NCBI GenBank assembly: GCA_965219535.1 | Contig: CBDCNV010000001.1 | Coordinates: 1,620,001-1,652,000 of the forward strand | Reading direction: 5' to 3' | Source: Opitutales bacterium | GTDB taxonomy: Bacteria > Verrucomicrobiota > Verrucomicrobiia > Opitutales > PNEW01 | Length of the DNA stretch: 32,000 bases | Shown: piece by piece, positions 11,624 to 18,902 of the stretch | Layout: every line of letters begins with the position of its first letter | Numbering within the stretch: position 1 is the first letter of the stretch | Position numbers and translations under genes: made by a program | The notes under the pieces: model-generated | Databases searched by the model: none | What the model was told of the DNA's origin: nothing | Seen by the model: only the letters and a program-made list of their open reading frames with translations

Positions 11624-11651
11624 CCCTTTTGCCTTTTCTGAAACGATTATA

Positions 11652-11816
11652 AATTTCTCAGCCAAATACCAGATTCGGCCTAAAATGAATCTATTCGTAG
11701 ATTTCTTCAATCTCACAGAACAACCTCAGAACAGTTTCGAAGGTGATGTTCTGCGCCCGACCGACCGAATTTTCAGTTCCTGGAGAGCGCGTGTCGGTCT
11801 GAATATGTCCTTATAA
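11652..11816 (+). pseudogene. Possible C-terminal remnant of an outer-membrane beta-barrel (TonB-dependent-receptor-like) gene
   Basis: The frame reads NFSAKYQIRPKMNLFVDFFNLTEQPQNSFEGDVLRPTDRIFSSWRARVGLNMSL*. The alternating beta-strand pattern and a NL(F/T)(D/E) motif near the end resemble TBDR C-termini. No N-terminal part exists; the frame opens inside the hairpin. Judged by eye only. Confidence 0.25.
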
Positions 11817-11982
11817 AATCCTTATTCTATTTATCCTCGAATATAGTGTAAAAATTAAAATGCGCCTATCCATCGAGAGCCGCGGTTCATCGCACTTGAG
11901 CAAAAACGAAAGCAAATTTTGGGGTTGGAGGAGGAGTGAGTTTATAAGAATAAAGAGAGCATCGATTTATTGAGGAAATATT

Positions 11983-12038
11983 TGAGAGGGGAGTGCCAAG
12001 GTATACCTTCGATTATAAAACCCCTCTCATCACTTTTT
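11983..12038 (+). terminator. Structured hairpin followed by a T-run (terminator-like or regulatory) upstream of the large secreted-protein gene
   Basis: A 9-bp perfect stem, tgagagggg (11983-11991) / cccctctca (12021-12029), encloses an inner palindrome aaggtatacctt. It is followed by tcacttttt. Confidence 0.35.
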
Positions 12039-12195
12039 GGTAGCCTAGACAGCTGGATCGGTTTTCACTCAGGGAAATATCGCAGAGAACTTTCTCAATC
12101 GCAGATGCAACGATAATTGATAGACAATATTCAGGGACAGTTTAGAAGTTCAACCCCGTTTGACATTAACGCTCTTCCTCTTTAATTTTTTTATC

Positions 12196-14442
12196 ATGGG
12201 TTTCCTAATGCACTTTATAAATCGCGTTTCTTTCTTGTTATTGTTAACAGCATCGAGCTTGCCGCTTCTGCTCTCAGCTCTTCCTCAAGATCTGGAGGTG
12301 TTCACTGATTTCGAGGACATAAGCGGGGAAGGTGAATTTTTTATCGGGGAAGAGCCCAATAGGATCAAGTTAGTCGGATTCACGGTGGAAACTCTGGATG
12401 ATCCTGCGCTCTTACACTCCGGAACAAAGGCGATAACCCTAGGACCTGGTCAGGAGGGGGTAATTGTATCGGAAAGAGGAATTGATGAAATCCAATTCTA
12501 TGCGGCCGAGAATACGGGAGCCGGTAGAATCGAGCCCAGAGGAAATTTCTCTTTTGAAGGCAATATATTTGTATTAGTTCTAGCGGATAATGGTCTTGTC
12601 GAAGGTCTACCGACCAATATCAGTCCCAGTGCCAATCCACCATTACAAAGCTTCGTTTCAGACAGTGATATGTTCCTCGACTCAACCGATTTTGACTTTC
12701 TCGACGGCATTAAAGAATTAAAAATTAAAAATGTTTCAGGAAAATTCTCCCTTGACGATCTGGGTTTCACGATAACGGAAAGACCGTCCAATAACACCGT
12801 ATTCACTACATTTGAGGAATTCAGTGTGGGTGCAGGATTAACGGCACCCATTATTGTTGGAGAATCACCCAATAGTGCTACCTTTGAGGGTGGCTCGATA
12901 CTAGCTGCTGCTGCAGACAGTCCAGTTCGCTCGGGACAAGTATCCTATGGTATTTTTAACGGAGAAAGCTTCACGGTCACTTTTGAAACTCCGGCATTTG
13001 AGATCGATGTTTTCGCCGCAGCCATTATTTCGGCTGGCAGTAATGACCCCGACGGCTCAATTGAAGTTTACGATACTAATGATAACCTTCTTGCTAATAT
13101 TTCGGACTTGGAAAGTGCTGGAAGTGGTGGGGGTGCTGGGGGTCTTAATGCATTAAATAAACCCCGTCAAACTACGATCAATGCGGTGGAGTTGGGAGCT
13201 CCAGGCGGCATTGGCAGACTGCTTGTTACGGACAATCCCAATATAAATGTAGCTTTCAGCCGGACAGTCTTCGATGATTTCGGTTTTACCCCCATTGGCG
13301 CACCGGGCACAGGCTCCGAGGGTCCCCCACCCGCGGATGCTCCCACTATCACCACCCAGCCCGCCAGCCAGGATGTGCAGTCGGGTGCATCGGCAAACTT
13401 ATCTGTTGCTGCCAATGGGGATGATCTTACTTACCAGTGGTATGAAGGCAACAGTGGTGACACCGCCAGCCCCGTCGCCGGTGCCACAGGCGGCACCTTA
13501 ACTACCAGCGCTCTAACCGCGAATACCAGCTTCTGGGTACAGGTGACGAACGCAGGCGGCAGCGCCAACAGTGATACTGCTGTGATCACCGTAGCCGCTC
13601 CTTCCGTTCCCCTCGTTCTCGACGGCTCGGGCGATATCGCCGGAGAAAATATTCAGCATGCCAACGGTAATGTCTTCGACCAGATATTACTCACCGGAGA
13701 GTCCGTCCAACTCCAGGCCAAACCGGGACAGATCACCCGCGTCTCTTTCATGGATGAAAACGAGGACATCGTGCAGGTAGAATTTTCAGGTGTAGGATCC
13801 TTTACCGTAACCCTGGATCCAGCCACCTTCCTGCCCCCGGCCATTCCCCCACGCTACAACCAGGCCGTTGAGTACGTGACGGGCAAACCGAGCGTAGTGA
13901 TCGACGGTGCGGACGCCAATACCTTCTTCAGTATCTTCACCGTGGGTAGGATCAACGCGTTTAACCAGGCCCTCTTCCCCGAGGGACAGGTCTATGACGC
14001 GCAAGCGGACGTGACCCTCGTTGAAGTTGTAAATTCCACGGGCATGGGCGGCATACAACTGTCGAACACCGCGTTCAGTGGAAGTACAGGCAAGACCGGT
14101 ATCGACGCGCGTGGGGTCCCGATCGCGGTACGCTTAACGATTGGCGATATCGATGCCAGTGGCGATGCGGTACCGCACATACTGTTTGGCTCAGGCTCCT
14201 TCACGGTACCCGCGGGCAACCCCGGGTTACGGATCACGGGTGGAGATCTATTGCAGACAAACGGTGCGGCAGTCGTGGTAGCGGAGAGTGGATCGACGAC
14301 GACGGGATTCGATACCTTGATCACGCAGAACAACTTCAAATCAGACAACACGCCTCAGCCCACGCTAAGCATCGATGCCACCTTCGCCAACGAGGATGGC
14401 GATGATATCGAGGTTACGACAGAAGAATTGACGATCGAATGA
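12196..14442 (+). CDS. Large secreted protein of unknown function with a bacterial Ig-like domain
   Basis: The track ORF starts at TTG 12160. More likely starts are ATG 12196 or 12208 (MHFINRVSFLLLLTASSLPLLLSALPQ, a signal peptide). The mid-region PTITTQPASQDVQSGASANLSVAANGDDLTYQWYEGNSGDTASPVAG...VQVTNAGGSANSDTAVITV is a typical Ig-like (I-set/Big-type) repeat. A Gly-rich linker is present. The remaining ~600 aa match no family I recognise. Confidence 0.8.
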   Translation: MGFLMHFINRVSFLLLLTASSLPLLLSALPQDLEVFTDFEDISGEGEFFIGEEPNRIKLVGFTVETLDDPALLHSGTKAITLGPGQEGVIVSERGIDEIQFYAAENTGAGRIEPRGNFSFEGNIFVLVLADNGLVEGLPTNISPSANPPLQSFVSDSDMFLDSTDFDFLDGIKELKIKNVSGKFSLDDLGFTITERPSNNTVFTTFEEFSVGAGLTAPIIVGESPNSATFEGGSILAAAADSPVRSGQVSYGIFNGESFTVTFETPAFEIDVFAAAIISAGSNDPDGSIEVYDTNDNLLANISDLESAGSGGGAGGLNALNKPRQTTINAVELGAPGGIGRLLVTDNPNINVAFSRTVFDDFGFTPIGAPGTGSEGPPPADAPTITTQPASQDVQSGASANLSVAANGDDLTYQWYEGNSGDTASPVAGATGGTLTTSALTANTSFWVQVTNAGGSANSDTAVITVAAPSVPLVLDGSGDIAGENIQHANGNVFDQILLTGESVQLQAKPGQITRVSFMDENEDIVQVEFSGVGSFTVTLDPATFLPPAIPPRYNQAVEYVTGKPSVVIDGADANTFFSIFTVGRINAFNQALFPEGQVYDAQADVTLVEVVNSTGMGGIQLSNTAFSGSTGKTGIDARGVPIAVRLTIGDIDASGDAVPHILFGSGSFTVPAGNPGLRITGGDLLQTNGAAVVVAESGSTTTGFDTLITQNNFKSDNTPQPTLSIDATFANEDGDDIEVTTEELTIE

Positions 14443-14487
14443 TCTACCGATCACGTGTTAGGTTTTAAGTGTTAGGTGATTAGGTGG

Positions 14488-14509
14488 AACGCGCTGTCCC
14501 TAGCGCGTT
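14488..14509 (+). terminator. Candidate intrinsic terminator after the secreted-protein gene
   Basis: GC-rich 8-bp stem aacgcgct-gtccct-agcgcgtt followed by tgatt. The T-tract is weak. Confidence 0.4.
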
Positions 14510-14690
14510 TGATTATGTCGTCATTGAAGAAGTGTGCTAGAGATCAGCTTTCGCTATTCAATTTAAAGTTACAGCGGCGGTCAGGTAACTCGCCTCTGCG
14601 GACGAAGACGAAGCTTTATTAACTATCTTAGTGCCTCTCCTATTAAGCACCATATAGGTGAGCAAAACTTAAATTTAACAAACTCCCTTT

Positions 14691-15449
14691 TTAGGATTCT
14701 TTTCTACGATTTCCGATAATTTTTTCACGGGCAAGCTCGATCGGAACATTTCTTAAAGACTCTCGCCAGATCCCCTGCGGAGCGGCCCATTTTATCGCAT
14801 TGTAGATTATCTTGATAACCGTCTTATTTTGATAAATCGGAAAAGTTTCATGCCCAGGTCGAAAGTAGAAAATTTGTCCATTGCCGCGACGCCAGCAGTT
14901 CCCACTGCGAAAAACCTCTCCACCCTCAAACCATGAAATAAAAATCTGTTCTTCAGGTGGTGGAATATCGAAAGGTTCACCATACATCTCGGTGTTTTCT
15001 ATTTCAAAGCATTCATCGATTCCCTCGGCGATGGGGTGCCCCGGGTTGCATACCCACAACCGCTCTTTCTCACCGGCTTCACGCCAATTCAACATACATG
15101 TCGTACCCATGAGGCGAAGAAAAACTTTTGATAAATGAGCGGAATGTAAGGGGATAAATCCCATACCCTCAAGCACGCGTATTTGTACTCTTTCGCTAAT
15201 AGTTTCGTCAACTTTATCGTGGGCACTGTGTCCCCACCAAACCAGCACATCTGTTTTAGCTAAACGTGAGCCAGTTAAGCCATGTTCTGGATCTTCGAGT
15301 GTAGCAGTTTCAATTTCCAGATCATTACCAATTTCCATTAATTCCCTCATTAATGTTTCATGAATACCTTGAGGATAGATAGATTTCACTTCATCCCTTT
15401 CTCTCTCATCGACGAATTCATTCCAAATAAGAACACGTAGTTTACTCAT
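14691..15449 (-). CDS. ThuA-like (trehalose-utilisation) class-I glutamine-amidotransferase-fold protein
   Basis: 252-aa ORF: MSKLRVLIWNEF...DVLVWWGHSAHDKV...GFIPLHSAH...FYFRPGHETFPIY. This conserved block order is characteristic of ThuA-domain proteins. Confidence 0.88.
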   Translation of the reverse strand: MSKLRVLIWNEFVDERERDEVKSIYPQGIHETLMRELMEIGNDLEIETATLEDPEHGLTGSRLAKTDVLVWWGHSAHDKVDETISERVQIRVLEGMGFIPLHSAHLSKVFLRLMGTTCMLNWREAGEKERLWVCNPGHPIAEGIDECFEIENTEMYGEPFDIPPPEEQIFISWFEGGEVFRSGNCWRRGNGQIFYFRPGHETFPIYQNKTVIKIIYNAIKWAAPQGIWRESLRNVPIELAREKIIGNRRKES

Positions 15450-16112
15450 ATCTTTGATTTGTTATCCGGGATTTCCCATATGACGGGAATGAATCGTTAA
15501 AATTGTCGACCTCTGAAGCTTTCGAAAGCATTTTGCTCCTTTCAAGACACTTTGGCAATCCTCTTTCCGTGGTATCTGCAAGTTGCATAGGCGGTAATTA
15601 CTGTTCATTGAGAATTTGACCGTTACCCGAGGAATACTGGCGTGAGTGATTCTGTGCGGTTAGAGAATCTCGCGGCACTTGATCCTTTGGTATCGAAAAA
15701 TCCTCTTTCTCACCCCGTATCGAGTGCGAGTCGCAATCGCTCTACTCGCCTCAGCATGGTTCGGAACATTACCCTTGGAATGGCCACCTCAGCCATCTGG
15801 AAGGTGATATACCTGGCATGGTGGACCACCTTTGCTCCGATTTGCTCCCTACTTCCAGCGTTGGAAGTGGGGAGTTCCTGGCACTCTCAACCGTAGCTAC
15901 CTGTGTATCCTTTTTCGAGTCCTTCCTCCGACGAGTTATGTGCACCCATTCTCGGAAGGACTCTATTAGCTCGCTTCTCATTAACAGGTAACCTACAAGA
16001 GGCAGGCGAAGATTATTGATTATCTCGATTATACTGATCACTAACAATGACGAAACATTTACATTATCACCTGCCCTAATCGATACTACACAGTCTTAGC
16101 TTAATTAGCGTT

Positions 16113-18182
16113 ATGAAGGTATTCTATTTCAGCAGGTATCGGATACCGATCACACTATGCATGATGGCAATCATTATTGCAGCATTTGGCTGCAGCAGGA
16201 GCAATGACACTCAATCAAAAGGAAAACTGGACACACTTAAACGAGACGCTGTCAGTACTGAAGGATTTAGTTTTATTTATAAGGGCTCGATTCCCACAAC
16301 CTTCAACGAAGCGCCGGAACTGGCAAAGCGCGTTGCTGCGGGAGAGTTACCCTCGGTAGAAGACCGTCTGCCCGAAGAGCCGTTGATTATTCCACCCATT
16401 GAACGCATCGGCCAATACGGTGGTACCTGGCGCCGCGGTTTTACGGGGCGTGGCGATCGTAACAACATCGACCGGATAATACACGATCATATAATTTACT
16501 TCGATATCGACGGATATACCCTGATGCCCCACATCGCGAAAGGATGGGAAATCAGCGTAGACGGGACAATGTTTACTTTCCATCTGCGCCAGGGCATGAA
16601 GTGGTCTGACGGAACGCCGTTCACGGCTGATGACTTTGTTTTCGCCTTCGAAGACGTGACCTTGAATGATAATATCAACCCGGTAATACCCAACTACACA
16701 AAAGCGGATGGGCAACGGTTTAAAGTGGAAAAGTTAGATGAGACCACGGTTCGTTATACCTTTCATAAACCAAACTATGTATTCATCGAGAATGCTGGTG
16801 GATTAGCCGTGGGAGGCCAATTCGCCCGCCGATGGGAAAGCCCTCTCTATGCTCCCCGGCATTATTTAATGCAGTTTCACTCGAAGTATACCCCCTTAAG
16901 TGATCTGAAAATTAAGATGAAGTCTACGGGTGATAGAAGTTGGGTGCAACTCTTCAAACGCATGGCTTCGCCCCACGAGAACCCCGAAATACCGGTGGTC
17001 GGTCCCTGGAAGATGGTTACTCCGATAACGAGTGAAATTTACTCTTTGGAACGCAACCCCTATTACTTTGCCGTCGATCCCGAAGGGAATCAGCTTCCCT
17101 ATATCGACAAGATTGTAATGCATCTGGTTGAGGACTTAGAGGTGTTCAATGCTCGCGTTATGGCTGGCGAAGTAGACATGCAGCACCGTCATGTCCTCTT
17201 GGACAAGGTCCCTGTTCTCAAGCGGGAAGCAAATAGAGGTAATTACCGCGTACTCTTCTGGCCTAATTTAGGAGGTTCCGATGCCATAATATTTATTAAC
17301 CAAACCTGGCAGGGAGATCCGGAAATAGAAAAGTGGCTTAGAAACCGTAAATTTCGCATTGCTCTGTCTCTTGCTATCGATCGAGAGGAGATACACGAAT
17401 CGATCTTTCTGGGCATGGGTCAGCCAAGGGCCTTGGTCCCATTCCCGAATAACCCGTATTATCCCGGACCGGAGTACGAAAAAAAGAATGCGGTGCGCGA
17501 CCTGGAACAATCCAACGCGATCCTCGACGCTATCGGTTTGGATAAAAAGGACAACGAAGGATACCGCCTGCGCACTGACAATAAGGAACGTCTGATTATT
17601 ACGCAATCAGTGCTGAGTCAGGCGATGGTAAATTTTGAAGGTATAGCTGAACTTCTCGTGAATCACTGGAAGGATATCGGCATAAATATACATTTAAGCG
17701 TTGAAGAGCGAAGTTATTATAGCAGACGTCAATCAATCAACGATCACCAACTTAGCATGTGGGTTTCGGGCGGTTCTGAAAACCCGTGGACTTTACCCGG
17801 CATGACCATACCACTCAGTCGCGGTACCTTTGCGTCGCAAATCGGCTTATGGTATGAATCTAACGGTCGAAAGGGCGTAGCCCCTTACGGCGATCTTAAA
17901 CGTTTGATAGAAATATTTGAGGAAGGTAATGGCCTGCCCAAAGCGATGCGAACGGAACTGGGAAAAGAAATATGGAGAATCCATTCAGACAATCTCTATG
18001 TTATTGGCACTGTCGGGCAATCACCGGCTATGAACGGCATTGTCGTGGTAAAAAATAATTTTCGTAATGTTCCCGATGTCGCGCCAAACAGCGCAACCTT
18101 ACAAACCCCCGGCATCGCCCGCCCCGAACAATTCTTTTTTGATCGGGTTTGTAGAGAGTGGACCGACAACGAAAGGAATTGA
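16113..18182 (+). CDS. ABC-transporter family-5 (peptide/oligosaccharide/nickel type) solute-binding protein, orphan, probable lipoprotein
   Basis: 689-aa ORF. The N-terminal signal peptide ends ...IIAAFGC-SRS (Cys after the hydrophobic core). It has family-5 SBP blocks (GGTWRRGF..., MPHIAKGWEIS.DG..FTFHLRQGMKWSDG.PFTADDF, RNPYYFAVD). No permease or ATPase genes are nearby. The last ~12 codons (RVCREWTDNERN*) lie in foreign sequence (see 18151-18312). Confidence 0.88.
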   Translation: MKVFYFSRYRIPITLCMMAIIIAAFGCSRSNDTQSKGKLDTLKRDAVSTEGFSFIYKGSIPTTFNEAPELAKRVAAGELPSVEDRLPEEPLIIPPIERIGQYGGTWRRGFTGRGDRNNIDRIIHDHIIYFDIDGYTLMPHIAKGWEISVDGTMFTFHLRQGMKWSDGTPFTADDFVFAFEDVTLNDNINPVIPNYTKADGQRFKVEKLDETTVRYTFHKPNYVFIENAGGLAVGGQFARRWESPLYAPRHYLMQFHSKYTPLSDLKIKMKSTGDRSWVQLFKRMASPHENPEIPVVGPWKMVTPITSEIYSLERNPYYFAVDPEGNQLPYIDKIVMHLVEDLEVFNARVMAGEVDMQHRHVLLDKVPVLKREANRGNYRVLFWPNLGGSDAIIFINQTWQGDPEIEKWLRNRKFRIALSLAIDREEIHESIFLGMGQPRALVPFPNNPYYPGPEYEKKNAVRDLEQSNAILDAIGLDKKDNEGYRLRTDNKERLIITQSVLSQAMVNFEGIAELLVNHWKDIGINIHLSVEERSYYSRRQSINDHQLSMWVSGGSENPWTLPGMTIPLSRGTFASQIGLWYESNGRKGVAPYGDLKRLIEIFEEGNGLPKAMRTELGKEIWRIHSDNLYVIGTVGQSPAMNGIVVVKNNFRNVPDVAPNSATLQTPGIARPEQFFFDRVCREWTDNERN

Positions 18183-18312
18183 AACCTTGATCTCCCAGAA
18201 CAACTTCAAGCCAGACAACACTCCACAACCGACGCAGACTGTCGAAGCAATCTTCGCAAACGAAGATGGTGATGAGATTGCGGTAACCGTGAATGAGGAA
18301 ACGATCGAATGA
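18151..18312 (+). pseudogene. 3'-terminal remnant (53 codons + stop) of a paralogue of the 12196-14442 secreted-protein gene
   Basis: VESGPTTKGIETLISQNNFKPDNTPQPTQTVEAIFANEDGDEIAVTVNEETIE* aligns without gaps to the last 53 aa of the large protein (AESGSTTTGFDTLITQNNFKSDNTPQPTLSIDATFANEDGDDIEVTTEELTIE*; 14281-14442). It has no upstream body and abuts and overlaps the SBP 3' end in another frame. Confidence 0.7.
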
Positions 18313-18418
18313 TCCTTCAAGGGGTATGGCCAGTTATCCCCTCACTCATAAAAACGTCGTCAGCGCCTCAGCGCTTGAGATTACTATCCTGTGATTGGTT
18401 AACTATTAAATCCTCTCT

Positions 18419-18499
18419 GGGAAAAAACACCTCCGCCGCATACGGGTTAATGGATTATCGATTGATTAAGGGTATGTTTTTTTACCGCCCCCCGCCCCC
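18419..18499 (+). repeat. Junction-associated repeat D, copy 1
   Basis: The core tccgccgcatacgggttaatggatt (18432-18456) matches tccgctgcatacgggtttatggatt (21791-21815) at 23/25. Both continue with gattga, atgt(g)ttttt and a C-rich tract. Confidence 0.55.
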
Positions 18500-18664
18500 A
18501 TTAATTGTATCAAAATTGTATCAGATTTATTGCCATTATTTACCTCTAGTTACTGCTTGATCGCTTTTTCTAATATTTAAAGCAATGGACGATTGCGCGT
18601 CCAAGCCCTTCTTTTACAGCCAGATGCCTTTTATTACCGCTTAAAAATCAAACAGTTAATAAGG

Positions 18665-18899
18665 TTACAAGGCGGGTTCGAGACCCACCTCCTGGAGCTT
18701 GCCCCTGTATTCATCACAGTAGGTTTTGGATTCCGCGGCCTTGTCCAGGTCGATGGCGCGATCGTTCCCAGGCCGGGATCTGCACCCCCTTGTATCCCAG
18801 ACCTGCGACCCACCGGCCGATATTGTCGATGGTGTTGTAGGGTTCATCGTCCCGCATAAACTGGGCCAGGAAAATAGCCGGACCTTTGATGTGTGACAT
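18665..18899 (-). pseudogene. Xylose-isomerase-like TIM-barrel (sugar phosphate isomerase/epimerase) gene, frameshifted and 3'-truncated
   Basis: Frame A reads MSHIKGPAIFLAQFMRDDEPYNTIDNIGRWVAGLGYKGVQIPAWE. The sequence then continues in another frame as DRAIDLDKAAESKTYCDEYRGKLQEVGLE, followed by PAL*. Only ~75 of the expected ~280+ residues are present. The start lies 4 nt after the PhyH stop, which implies a former operon. Confidence 0.6.
18672..18692 (+). repeat. Degenerate third copy of the tmRNA 3' core (pseudo-att) at the truncation point of the TIM-barrel pseudogene
   Basis: gcgggttcgagacccacctcc compared with tmRNA gcgggttcgactcccgccacctcc: an exact 10-mer, then ccc and acctcc with a 3-nt gap, in the same orientation as the other two copies. 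Confidence 0.4.
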
Positions 18900-18902
18900 G
18901 AA

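Noticed and set aside
14455-14487. Repeated gtgttaggt motif (two exact 9-mers plus ttaggtgg) after the secreted-protein gene
   Set aside because: It is short, occurs at a single locus and lies between convergent genes. There is no evidence for function beyond possibly being part of the terminator region.
15640-15900. Possible cobalamin riboswitch upstream of the SBP gene
   Set aside because: Only loose resemblance is present (gaaaaatcc, ggccacc...ctggaagg). The conserved GCCCGCAACUGU-type core and the GCCACUG box are not matched. It lies ~280 nt from the start codon, and the downstream gene has no B12 link. A cmscan is needed before any call.
14281-18312. The 162-nt 3'-end duplication (14281-14442 versus 18151-18312) considered as a diversity-generating retroelement VR/TR pair
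   Set aside because: The differences are spread over all four bases and many are synonymous third-position changes, not adenine-specific. No reverse transcriptase ORF is present anywhere in the window.
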